Below are positions 36,451 through 48,614 of a stretch of 64,000 nucleotides of DNA, piece by piece; positions within the stretch are counted from its first letter, which is position 1; every line of letters begins with the position of its first letter. The notes under the pieces are model-generated. The model worked only from the letters and a program-made list of their open reading frames with translations. It did not search any database and had not been told where the DNA came from. A program made the position numbers and the translations under genes. Source of the stretch: Squalus acanthias (taxonomy: Eukaryota); contig CM059445.1 in assembly GCA_030390025.1 (NCBI GenBank), positions 9,672,001-9,736,000 on the forward strand. Direction: 5' to 3'.

Positions 36451-39400
36451 CACGACTTGCAAACCAATCTCTACACCTACTTGCTACAACCGAGGGGAGG
36501 GGAGAAAGGAAGAAATGAAGGAACGTGAACTTTCTGAAATAGCACGCATCTGTAAGGGCATTTACCCTGCTCAGACAGAGACCATGCAGTGTGATGTTGC
36601 TGCCAGCAGATGGTGATGTAGCAGCACCGATGGAGCGGTTGGAAACTGTTTTACAGCACCCTGGAACAGGAGACAAACATTTACCTCTAAAACAGTGTGC
36701 GTACGAGCACAATGAAATTTAAAGCTGCGAGGCTCCAATCTACACAAAATGCAAATCCATTCTTACTGTGGTAATACTTGTATTAAAAAGGATTGGGTTA
36801 AAATACAAACACAGCTGAGAATCAATAATATTTAACAATACATGCGAGAGAAGCAGGTCAGGGAATAATAAGCATTTAAAAAAAGTTACCACTGCATCAG
36901 TAAAACAATAAGAAGAAACTTGCAGCAAAATACCATACACATCAACCACCACTAGAGGCACCATCTGAATAATCAAGCTCGAAGAAACTGTACAACAATG
37001 CTCGGATTCCCAAAAGATTCTTTTAAAATTCCTCTCAGACTCTTAGGAAAAACAACCAGGAACAATCGCTTTCCGAGTTGGTTGTTAGATGCTTCCTCCA
37101 ATCACATCAAGTTAAGCCTGAGGCTCACCAACTCGGTCACAGGGCTCACCTCCGCTGTAAGCCAAGACTACGCACAAGCTTCAACCCTCAAAACCAGCAT
37201 TAACAGTCAACGCCAACTACCCTGAAGATTCCTGTAAAGTTTGGAGCAAAAAAAATTAACTAGTCACCCCTACAAGTGCTTCAGAGACTAACCGCTGAAA
37301 CTTCAATAGTAACTTTCAAAAGGGAATTGGATAAATATTTAAGGGGCAACATTTGCAGGGCGATGGGGAAAGAGCAGGGCAGTGGGACTAATTGGATCGC
37401 TCTTCCCAAGAGCCGGCACAGGCACGAAGGGCAGAATAGCCTCCTTCTGTGCTGTGAGACACCGAGTCACTGTTTAACCGTGGACCTGGGAACTCCTACG
37501 TGCCTATTCGTATCGAGGAGACAGGTGGGGAAGGGGGCGGGCTGGGAGTTAAGGCTAAACAAAGACAGGTCATACTTCAGGGGCCCCAGGGCTGAAAGTC
37601 CCATTGAATGGGAGATCTGTCCAGCCACTACATAGCAAGGGGAGGAAAGCGTAAATAAATCCCCTCCAAACTATGCAAGTTCAAGAATAAGGACACGAGA
37701 GGCCTCCAGCATAGCTTAAAATGCCAAATGAACTACCCACTGGGTTGTTGACAATCTGACTGTAAGGCAGCAAACCCTCCATTGTATTTAACTGGAACCT
37801 CAGCAGAAACAAGCTTCCACTTCTCTGCCCAGCGAGTCAATGCTCGTCCGAATGAGCCACTCGCCCTGGGTGCGCATGTTGCATCGACACGCTGTGAATA
37901 CTCAATGGCCACTGGCCAAGGAATGGAAGGGAGCCGGTTTCGTAGCAATGCCCCAAGATTTCTGATCCATTACCCGGCACATTTTAATGCCCACCTTTTT
38001 CGCATTGTTGGACCGCAAATGAGCAGATCTCCTCGGCGTGGCCATGACTACAACAAACGGCTCGACACAAGTGCCAGCATCGGCAGCCACTTGCCGTTAC
38101 CGGCAACAGCTCACCGTGATGAGAGGTGCCTCGCGAAACCAGCTCCCCCCAGGTGGATTTTGGTGTCTCCAACAGCACGGGCACCTGGCGGTTTACTGCC
38201 CCCGAAAGCGTCTTTACCATGGGTGGTGCCCCGGTGAGCTAAAAGGCAGGATACGGCTCTGCAGTTCGCAGAGAGATTCGCCGTAATCTGGAGTTTCAAA
38301 ACCGGGAATGTAACCAGGCTCTGATCCCGTGAAGAGCTGAACCCAACTCCGCAAAGTACATGATTATGCAGGGAAACGGTGACTCGTTGAGAGGCTGGTT
38401 GTGGAGCGGGGGGGGGGGGAGGGGAGGAGAAAGAGAGGGAAGTACCTTCCTGTAACTGGCAGCAACTGAAATCCCAGGGCTGATTCAGACCGGGGGTTTT
38501 CAGGGCTGGCATTAGGAGTTCAGTAAAAATGAATGGTGGGCATGTTTAAATCTTCCATGGGAATTGCGAGAAGCTCCCAGGCTCTACAATGACGGGTCGC
38601 GTCTCCGTGTTGCAACTGCCGAGCATGCCGAGAGCGCGCAACACGAGGACGAAGCACCGATGGTGACAGGTTTGGCAGTGATGGTAGCGATTTCAGGCGA
38701 TGAATTAAGAGTGTCACACAGTGTTAAAATGCATCAAGTGTGAGTTTTCCTAAAGTGTGTTGACACCACCAACACTCAAAAAAAAAGCACAATTAAAACT
38801 AGCTCTACCCATTGAACATGGAAAGTGGATTTAAATGGACACAAAAGTCTGAATTCCCACCAGTTCAGCTGAAGAGCTTTTGTAAAGGTCTTGACACACA
38901 ACAGTCCATCCTCAAAAAAAAACCCTTATTCCCGGGATACCCAACAACCAATCTCATAGCACCTTTGGTTATGAAGGTATCTTTCAGTACACTCCAAGTT
39001 ACAACAATACATAGTCACAGGAACAAACAGTTAACAAGATTATTTTTTTTTTGGTCACAGAGTCTGATTGCATTAGATGCACAGACCCACATCACAACAA
39101 TGAAAATAGAAAGTGACCACAGACAGCAAATTTTAAATCCAACAGTTTTAATAAAAACAAACGGCCTTTTGGTGCCCGCTTGCAAACCAAAAGAGACGGT
39201 CCTCAGATGGGGGACAGGACTTTTCTTTTGGTGGGGGGTGGAGGAGAGAGGAAGAGAAGAAAAAATGTGAATCTGACGAGCATCTTTCTGGTGAACAGCC
39301 TTGAGAGAACTCCTTCCCCTTCCTCCCCACTGCTACATTACCCGGTTTGCAAAGGAGCAGCGACTGGTGCATTATCGTGGCCACAGGAAGGACACTTGGA

Positions 39401-41231
39401 AAGTGTTGCCGTTTACGGAAATGAACGAGTAGCCCCGACGGCCTTGGCTTAGGCAGCGGAGAGAGCGTGGCGCCAGTGGGGGGGGGGCAGCCTGTCGGGG
39501 GCTGCACGTCCGGTGTGGGCCACTCAAGCTGAAGCTGCATCTTCCACGGCCTGTGCTTCAGCGGCGAGACAGAGCGAGAGGTCCATGGGTGTGAAAGGGA
39601 GCACGACTAAAGATCCTACAACCCGCTTTTACACTTTGCTAAAAAATCAACCGTCATCCAGCACATACAAGAGGACCGATAGGAAGAAAATAAAAAGCAT
39701 CTTTACAGTACGACCATCACATACACTTTACATTTTTATGCGCAGATGTACTGCCACTTTGTGACCTAAGCACTTCTAAAAAAAAAAAAAAAAAACCGGT
39801 GCTTGGCTAAATATTAAAAGAGCAACTAAACTCTATAAACATCCAACAGGACGGGTTATCAACAGGTTACTGACCAAAATGCAGATTTAGTGGCTGAGAG
39901 TCAGAGGAATAAACCTGCCCATTTAGACCCATGACTGTCCTCCCCCGCCCCCGAGCCACAGGCCCACTGACACGGCTCGTACTGCACACGGGCGATAGAA
40001 TCCTCCACACAGCGGGAGTGCGGCAAGAGCGCGGCAGCTGCGGTGTTGCCAGTTTAAAAACCTTCCCGTGGATCCGATCCAGAAAGCAGTCTCGCCCAGG
40101 CACCAACAGGACTACCTTCCCACTGAGCTGGAAAGTGCATAAGATTTAACATGGTCCGAGCTTGTAGATGGTGTTAAAATACATGTCTGGTCAGCGCTGT
40201 GCTGATGAACCAATCTGAAAGGGGGGGGGGGGTCCCCGACCGACACGGTAACCCCTTCAGACCTGCTGTGTCTTTCCTGCCTTTGTTTTCTGTGTTGCAG
40301 TGCGCTGCTGCAGTATGTACCTCCGCCCTGCTACTACTGCAGGCTTCAAGCATGCCAAGTAACCGCCCCATCAGCACCCCCAGGGCAAAGGTCAGGTCCT
40401 CCAGCGCACATCGTTTAATACTGAACCAGCCTTGCACAGCGGCGTTACTGCTCAGACCACGACCCTGCAAGGTTTAGGTGGCCCACAGCCCCGTCACAAG
40501 ACTGGCAAGATGTGCGACCCCTCAGCTTCACACTATAGTGTTGGTCATAGCCAAACCTTCTGATCCCAGCTTCTGGGCTTTGCCTTAATGCAATGACCTG
40601 GAGCTCAGCAGCAAGTAGTCTTTTTCTGTCCCTACTATCCTATGAAATGATTTACAAGGAGAAACACTTAAAAAATTTACTCGTTACAGCTGGGTTTAAA
40701 AAGTGGCACAACTTTAAAAAAAAAAAATAGATTTTAAAATAAAATCGTCACCAATCCGCCTTTTGTTTCCCCTTCTCTCCCCCAAAGCATGAACTGATGC
40801 ACTGATCTATTGCCTGGGAGCAGCCAAATGGATCGCAAACAAACCATGCCTTTGCCCCAGGTTACATAACTGCCCAATTACAACGCCGCACACGCACCCC
40901 CTCCCCTCCCCCTCCCCATGCAGTGCGACTCCCCCTGAAGTGCACTGTGCTACGTAACTGTTTCTAGAGTGTATAAAATTAAATCGGGGCTAAGTTGCTC
41001 TTTTTAACATTCTAACTGTACGAGGTGAATGCAGAATTACTCTAAGGAAACCCACGTAAGGCAGATACTTCATTACTACACACAGAGTGTTTAGACGTTC
41101 AAGGCAAAGAAGAATCTTTCCAAACTTCACTAAACTAGGAGAACATAAAATCGAGTGCGTCTTGGACAGAGACTGCGACGGACGCTCTGCCCCCAATGTA
41201 CCCACGTTTCCACACGGGCGGCGGATTCAGC

Positions 41232-41376
41232 CTATTTCACCGGCTCGGCAGATACGGAGATCTCTTCGCGGGCAGCCTCCGCCTTTGGGAAGTTCATGTC
41301 CAGGATGTGTCGCTGCAGGTGCCTCACCCATTCCTCCTGAATCGAGAGGGGACCGTGGAACTCCACATCGCAAAAT
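41232..41376 (-). CDS. wiz: WIZ terminal coding exon (C-terminal zinc finger)
   Basis: cctgggcag|A TTT TGC GAT...; FCDVEFHGPLSIQEEWVRHLQRHILDMNFPKAE...*, nearly identical to the recalled WIZ C-terminus. Confidence 0.95.
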
Positions 41377-41880
41377 CTGCCCAGGAAGGAAGGAAGGAAG
41401 GAAGCATCAGGAGCAGCTAAACCAATTAACTCAATTCTTTGTTTGAAAAAAAAAAGCCACCTTCCCCAGTTCTCTCCCGCCCCGCCACCCCGTTACCTCA
41501 TTCAAGAGGATAAGGGGCACATCACCAGTGTGTTGGGTTTGGGCAGGACAGGTGGGGGAAAGCCAAGCCAGGTAGTGAAGCTTCAATAAGGGGGGGACGG
41601 TGTCGCCCGCCACCCACGAGCCCAAGTTTCAGTCAAAGCGAGGGTGTGCGTGCAATCCTCCATTAGAAAGTTGGGGCTCGTTCGCGAGCGCACGGACATT
41701 CTGGAGCGGAATGCGGAGAGGGGGCTGCGATCGCTGATCGACTGGGAGAGTCAGAGGGGCCAGGAAGGAGTTGAACGGAGGGGCTGAGGTAGCACAAACC
41801 CCAACAGTCAAGCACAAGCCCTTTTTTAAAATCTCTCCCCCCCCCCCCGAAGATGCACACTCCACCCAGCGTGTTACACC

Positions 41881-42012
41881 CAATGTTCCCTTCAAGCTGT
41901 GCGGCCGCTCTGTGCTCAGGACCTCCCGCGCATCTGGCTCACCGGCTTTTGAATGGGCCACGCAGCCCCTTAAAGGGGCCGAGCACCCCCAAAAAAATTT
42001 AAGGGAACATTG
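41881..42012. mobile_element. hAT-type MITE, copy 2
   Basis: Perfect 12-bp TIR caatgttccctt / aagggaacattg; perfect 8-bp TSD gttacacc (41873-41880, 42013-42020). Confidence 0.9.
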
Positions 42013-42699
42013 GTTACACCCCATATGGAGTTAAGAGTTGAGAGAGCTTGGGGAATGCTTTATTCCCTCGAGAAGTTATTCTGCACTAATGATAGTGTCG
42101 TTTATTAACATCAACATTTCTACAATCAACCTGCTTGATTTGACTAAAACAAATATTAGGATTCATTTCCGTTGTATGTTGCTGGGGAGTAAAAAACCAT
42201 ATACGGCAGCACTAGCTGCTTACTGTTAATATCCGTCCAATATACCCAACCTGGTACCACAGGTCCTGTCACATCAACAATGTACAGGAAGGCGGTTTAA
42301 ACTCCGCTCCCCTTTTTGCCCCACATCATGTGGCACCCCTTTCATCTTCAAACGGACTGCAACAGCGATAAGGCAGCAGCTCATAATTAAATCTCTCACT
42401 GGGTAAAGGTACTGCCTGCTGCAATATCGAGTCACACAGACCAGGTCCCAGGTCTGTCCTTATCTGGCAGCTTAAAACGGCCTCGCCATCCTATGACTGG
42501 GGAGTGGAAGGAAAAAATCGGCCAGGGTCCCTGCTGCCACCCGCCACCCAGTTATTTATTACTTGCAGAAAAGTGAGCATGTGTGGGCGATAGGCTCAGA
42601 CGAGCTCAGCTGTGATGCCCCCCCCAGAGTTGAATAGTCTGCCGTGCCGACTCAATTGTGAAAAATGAGCACTTGGATAAGGTGCAGCAGTACTATCGG

Positions 42700-43090
42700 C
42701 ACTGATTGAACCACAATCCCCATCACCCCACCACCAGGCTCAACAGCCATCCACTCCATCTACAGGACGCACTGCAGCGACTCACCAAGGTTATTCCGAC
42801 ACTACTCCTCTCCCTGCGACCTCTGCCGCCGAGAAGGACAAGAGCAGCAATGCGGCGAGAACACCATGGCCAGGTTCCTCTCCGAGCCGCACACCATCCT
42901 GACACGGACACGTACCTCTTGCTCCTTTTAATGGTCGCTGGGTCAGTATCCTGGAACTCCTTACCCAATACCATTGTGGGAGCACCATCCCCACAAGGAC
43001 TGCAGTGGCTCAAGGAGAAAGCCCAACACCACCTTGGCAGGGACTTGGGGATGGGCAATAAATGCAGCCGGGCCCAACGCCTCAGGAACA
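42700..43090 (+). mobile_element. CR1-group 3' remnant (same family as 806-1314)
   Basis: Translation LQDALQRL...PRRTRAA...VAGSVSWNSLPN...LQWLKEKAQHH parallels the 864..1272 ORFs. Confidence 0.75.
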
Positions 43091-43165
43091 AGTTTATAAA
43101 CAAAAAAGCCAGTTCAGATTTCCTCCACGGGTCACTGCATTCCGTCACGAGACCGCGGCACTTAC

Positions 43166-43370
43166 CTGCATTTCAAAGTGTAGATGTTTCCTATGAACTT
43201 CACCAGCGAGAGGGGTTCAGGCTTCGGCACGGGAAAGATCACGGGTCTCACTCGCAGCGGTCTTGCTTCCTCCGATTTTGGCCTGAATGTCTTTGGCTCC
43301 TTCCCTTCCTCGCGTTTCGGTGACAGATTCTCTGAACATACCACTGGCTTTTGCTGCTTACGCTCATAGT
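43166..43370 (-). CDS. wiz: WIZ penultimate coding exon
   Basis: ctaac branch point, ctttcgtgttcag|AC TAT GAG...TGC AG|gtaagt; RVRPVIFPVPKPEPLSLVKFIGNIYTLKCR. Confidence 0.93.
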
Positions 43371-44899
43371 CTGAACACGAAAGAGAAGCCGTTAGCTCGT
43401 AGTCCCGTTCGACGCGCAAGAGTCAGATCCGTTTCAACCGTATAAACCCTCGGGAAGACGTTTTCGAAAAGTTACTTCGGATCTAGTCACATTTTACTGA
43501 AAACCTGCCAGTACAGTTAAACCCTCCAAAGATCACATTGCTCGATAAAAACTCCTATTTTACTTGAATGGTAAAGCACTGCTCAAGATCGCATAGAAAT
43601 ATATTGCCTGAACGTAGTGACACTTGAAATAAGTCACGGCCTGGCCTAATCAAGGAACTGCTCATTGCTAAATATCAATTCCAACATCCGTGGGGCAAAT
43701 GAAAGCACACAAAACAGTTTAAGAGTCAGTGGGCACTTTTGTTCCAGGTGGATATGTTTTAAACAGACAGTGGTGTTCCGACCACACGTGAATGTAAACT
43801 TATATTCCAATCGATCGGTGCAGGAACATCATCAGGTTACTGCACTTCTCAAGAGTTTTAAGATATGCTGAATGGCTGCTTCCATTACCAAATTTTGGGA
43901 GAAAACGAGTCTGATTTTTTGGAACAGTGGCCCCAGTCAGGGCACAATAATCCTTCTGGTCCATGCATGCGGCCATTTAGAGGGTTTAACTGCACTTACC
44001 GGACAGGAAGGAGGACTATTCCACTTGGCCATGAATCGAGTGGGTATAAAAGAAATGTCATTTATCAGTTATAATCCCACAACGTGTCTTTTCCCATTGA
44101 GCGCCACACGTATTTTGTTTATTACTCGGTTATGCTCTAAACAGGGAAGAGAATCGGTGCAATTCATTTCCTCTACTTCTTTCCCAACTGTTAACCAGCC
44201 TTTCACTCAATTGGTTGAACTCAAAGTTATGCTTGCGAGGTGAATATTATGCAGGGTTTTTCTAAGTCGCCAAACCGCATGCAAACGGGGCTTGATCACA
44301 TCTTATACTGGTATAGGCTTACTTGCACATTAACAATGAATTATATACCCTGGCGCGGTGTTTCTAGACAGGGGAAAGAGTGCGAGAACAAAAAGGCACA
44401 ATAAATACAATCCACTCACGTGCAAATTAAAACAAAGACTTATATACATAAGCAAGCAAAAGCTGCAACTAGTCCCTGAGCTTCTAGGGTTAGGCTTTGC
44501 GTCCTCAAGCACGTCACAACCTGGACGCTCAACTTCATTCGGGGAGGGAGGGGGGGGGGGGGGGGGGGGAAGGATTAACTTTGTGCCTGGATCACAGCAT
44601 GTATAATCACACAGTTTCCTTTACAGTGCATTTCAATTTAACAAGCTCTCTCTTCAGCACTGTCAAACTTTACATTCAGGTTTCTTTTCCTGTTTTTTTT
44701 GGTTACGTTATACAAAGCCAAAGGGTCTCACATGTGTCGGTGAGTGCAGGTTCAGCCTTTTCGTGGAGTTCCTCAAACTGAGACAGACTCGGTAACTTCC
44801 TTTTCAGTCCCGATTTCAGATGGCCACGCATGTGGTTGGAGAGGCCTACACCCGTGGTTAGTGTCACTCCACAATACTCACAGGTTCCTAACTTGACTG

Positions 44900-45165
44900 G
44901 GTGCTCTGTTGTCCAAAATGAAATTAAGATTCAGTTACCACCCTGCCTTTCCACAGTTCGATTCCTACTTTCAATTGAGGTTCTGGCAGGTCTCAACCTA
45001 GTTCCCAGTGGACGCGAGTCCACACAAGCACAAATAGAGGCCCTCAAATTTAGGACTGACTGCCTGCAAGCTTCTTTAGAGGGGCACTGCGGGAAAGCAG
45101 AAATAGAGAGGTCACCGTGTACCATTAGGGGCAGCTCTTGGAGGCCAAGCATTGGAAGAGATGGT
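44900..45165 (+). mobile_element. Possible LF-SINE-related ancient SINE fragment
   Basis: ggtctcaacctagttcccagtggacgcgagtccaca plus upstream gttacca and downstream gaggccaag resemble the recalled LF-SINE core; not verified by alignment. Confidence 0.4.
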
Positions 45166-45783
45166 AGGCAGCTGGAGGATGGGACAGAGAGCTAGGGTAG
45201 TGCCCTGTCTTGACTAGGGAATTCTCAAAATGACTGCAAAGCAGAAAGATGCTCCACTTTCAAATCACTTCTCTCTCTCACAAACACACACAGTCACTCC
45301 TCATCCACGCACCAAGCCAGGTATTTGGAGGAAGGGGATAAAGTTGCAAAGTAAAGGAAGCCCCAGAGTCCACTCTCGGTGATTTAATCCTACGACCGCC
45401 ATTTACCACTGTACAATTATTTCCTTTCAATCTGTCAACGTTCTTCAGTGAATTTCCTTTCAAGATGCTGTGCTGGATAAAATCTGGACGCAAACTTTCT
45501 TTCGTTTTAAATTAGAATTTCATGCATTTTGATTGAGTCCTCATGTTGATGTTTGAGACACTAACAGATTCCTGTGAGCAATGTAGACTCAAACCAATGG
45601 AAATGCTGGATCCTCTAAGAAACGGTGTGCAGTTGAAAGACATGAATGTGACAGGTGAAAGGAGCACAAAGCTCATTAACCGACACCACTATTATGACCG
45701 CGCTCGAGGGCCACGGACATTTATTTACACCTGCAGTACAGCAAACAAATCAGTTCCACATCAACCGATCACAATACAGCTCC

Positions 45784-46770
45784 TGCCCCTGAATTGCCCA
45801 TTAGTGTAGCCCCTCCCCTAGAATTGTCCATTACATTGTAGCCCCTCCCCTAGAATTGTCCATTAGTGTAGCCCCTCCCCTAGAATTGTCCATTAGTGTA
45901 GCCCCTCCCCTAGAATTGCTCATTAGTGTAGCCCCTCCCCTAGAATTGCTCATTAGTGTAGCCCCTCCCCTAGAATTGCTCATTAGTGTAGCCCCTCCCC
46001 TAGAATTGTCCATTAGTGTAGCCCCTCCCCTAGAATTGTCCATTACATTGTAGCCCCTCCCCTAGAATTGCCCATTAGTGTAGCCCCTCCCCTAGAATTG
46101 TCCATTACATTGTAGCCCCTCCCCTAGAATTTTCCATTAGTGTAGCCCCTCCCCTAGAATTGTCCATTAGTGTAGCCCCTCCCCTAGAATTGTCCATTAC
46201 ATTGTAGCCCCTCCCCTAGAATTGTCCATTAGTGTAGCCCCTCCCCTAGAATTGTCCATTAGTGTAGCCCCTCCCCTAGAATTGCCCATTACATTGTAGC
46301 CCCTCCCCTAGAATTGTCCATTACATTGTAGCCCCTCCCCTAGAATTGTCCATTAGTGTAGCCCCTCCCATAGAATTGTCCATTAGTGTAGCCCCTCCCC
46401 TAGAATTGTCCATTAGTGTAGCCCCTCCCCTAGAATTGCTCATTAGTGTAGCCCCCCCCTAGAATTGCCCATTAGTGTAGCCCCTCCCCTAGAATTGCCC
46501 ATTAGTGTAGCCCCTCCCCTAGAATTGTCCATTAGTGTAGCCCCTCCCCTAGAATTGCTCATTACAGTGTAGCCCCTCCCCTAGAATTGCCCATTACAGT
46601 GTAGCCCCTCCCCTAGAATTGCCCATTACAGTGTAGCCCCTCCCCTAGAATTGCCCATTAGTGTAGTCCCTCCCCTAGAATTGCTCATTACAGTGTAGCC
46701 CCTCCCCTAGAATTGCCCATTACAGTGTAGCCCCTCCCCTAGAATTGCCCATTACAGTGCAGCCCCTGTC
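45784..46770. repeat. 30-32-bp minisatellite, about 31 copies
   Basis: tagtgtagcccctcccctagaattgtccat with variants (gtc/gct/gcc; tagt/tacatt/tacagt). Confidence 0.97.
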
Positions 46771-47709
46771 CCAGAACCATCCACTGGTGCAATCTGGAAA
46801 ATGTTCAGATTCCCACACCCAATGTAAAAGTAGGTCTTTGTTCCTGACCTGCCTGTGCATCAAACCCCAACCAGCACATACTGCATCTGTGTTTTTCAAT
46901 GAAGCCTCGGAGCTCTAATGAAAGTAACAACCAGTGAATGCACTGAGATTGTGGCTTAGAGTCCTAAACATCAAGGTACAGCACAAGATAAAAGCCATTG
47001 TAAAAGCAGCGTCAAGGAGAGTGAAAGTAAGCCAGAGTGAAACTTGAGCCATGAACAAGTGGAGCTTCTTTCCACCCCCCAATATGGAGCTACCTTCTGG
47101 GCTGTTATTGGTGACAGTTTACTTTATCTATTGATAAACTGATAGCATACCCCCTAGTGGGCCAACATGCTGTGCCATAGATGGCAGGATATGGATTAGC
47201 ACCCAATATTTCTCATCGACAGATTATGGCCCAACCTCGGAGAGAAAGTGGAGTACACGTTGTTGTGAAGGAGCAGCCAGGTCACGAGCTTGAGAAGAGA
47301 CATGCTCTCAGCCCCAGAGATCATCATGGCTACCCAGAAATGGTGGCATATCGTAACTCTAAAAATACCGAGGGGCATTTGGAGTGTATTAAATGAGCTC
47401 CCTCCCCTCCACTCCGCACATTACCCAGTCCTCTTCAGCCAGCCTCTATAGGAGTGCGAGAACCACTTAATTCACACAACTGAAAATTCAACTCAACCCA
47501 CTGGTGCAAGCTGCACCACAGTTATAATTCCACTTGTTGTAAATGACCAGTCTTGGCTCTTTCTGTGCTGTACAGAAGACATGCGCTTACTGCGGTGATA
47601 GCGGGGGGAGGGGAAAGTGTCAAAACAGCAAGAGGAAACATCACTCTGCCACCCTCTCACTTCTTATCTTGGTTATCAAGATAGGCGAAAAGAGTTGGGA
47701 TTTTATACG

Positions 47710-48260
47710 TAGACTTAGGGGAGAACTGATTGAGGTTTATAAGATAATGCAGGGAATAGATTGTGTTCCAGCTGGCAGTTTATTTCAATTAAACAGGTTA
47801 GGCAGGACCAGGGGTCACAAATTTAAGTTGTATAAGGCCAGATCTAGGTTAGATGTCAGGAGGTGGTTCTTTTCCCAGAGAATAGTGGACGTCTGGGACA
47901 GGCTGCCGACTCGTGTGGTGGACGCGGACTCGCTGAATTCCTTCAAGCGAGAGCTGGATTTGTTTCTGGCTGGGGCGGAGATTACCTCTTACAGAAGGTA
48001 GGTCCTGCAGGGAATTCAGGGCCAGAGTGATCTCCTGGACTAGTTTCCATCGCCTAGATGGGTCGGAGAGGAATTATCCAGGTTTTGTTTTTCTCAAATT
48101 GGCCTGGTTTTTTTTCGCCTCTCCCAGGAGATCACATGGTTTCGGGTGGGGTGGTGTGTATATGTTGTGATACACAAGGTATTGCAATTGTGTGGGACAG
48201 GCTCGATGGACCAGAGGGTCTTTACCTGCCAGTCATTGTTTGCATGTTCTCATCAGATCA
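47710..48260 (+). mobile_element. CR1 3' remnant (distinct subfamily)
   Basis: RRLRGELIEVYKIMQG...TRGHKFKL...FFSQRIVDVW. Confidence 0.8.
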
Positions 48261-48320
48261 ACTGCAGTGACGGGAAGCCCAGGAGCAGGATTCTCAACCT
48301 TCCCAGCCAGGTTTGGTGCA

Positions 48321-48614
48321 TGATGTGGAGATGCCGGCGTTGGACTGGGGTGGACAAAAATGAGAAGTCGCACAACACCAGGTTATAGTCCAACAGATTT
48401 ATTTAAAATTACAAGCTTTCGGAGCTGTCGCCCCTTCCTCAGGTAGAGTTACTGAGACACAATCTGATAATTGAATCGCATTTTCTCTGTTTATATTCTG
48501 TGAATTCTGGTAGACTGTCTCACAGTAACTCTACCTGAGGAAGGGGCGACAGCTCCGAAAGCTTGTAATTTTAAATAAATCTGTTGGACTATAACCTGGT
48601 GTTGTGCGACTTCT
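48321..48614. mobile_element. Penelope-like non-autonomous element with inverted pseudo-LTRs carrying hammerhead cores
   Basis: Perfect 94-bp inverted repeat 48361-48454 / 48523-48616; 13-bp direct repeat caggtttggtgca at 48308-48320 and 48615-48627. Confidence 0.8.
48532..48567 (+). ncRNA. Minimal hammerhead ribozyme motif (mirror copy on - strand at 48410-48445)
   Basis: Stem I TAC/GTA; CTGAGGA core; stem II GGGGC-gaca-GCTCC; GAAA; palindromic AGCT stem III; NUH site CTT. Confidence 0.6.

Noticed and set aside
35767-36712. Long overlapping ORFs (up to 231 aa) on both strands
   Set aside because: Artefact of a stop-free GC-rich tandem repeat; no splice or domain support
45784-46770. CRISPR-like array
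   Set aside because: Units are contiguous with no unique spacers, no cas genes are present and the context is eukaryotic; it is a minisatellite
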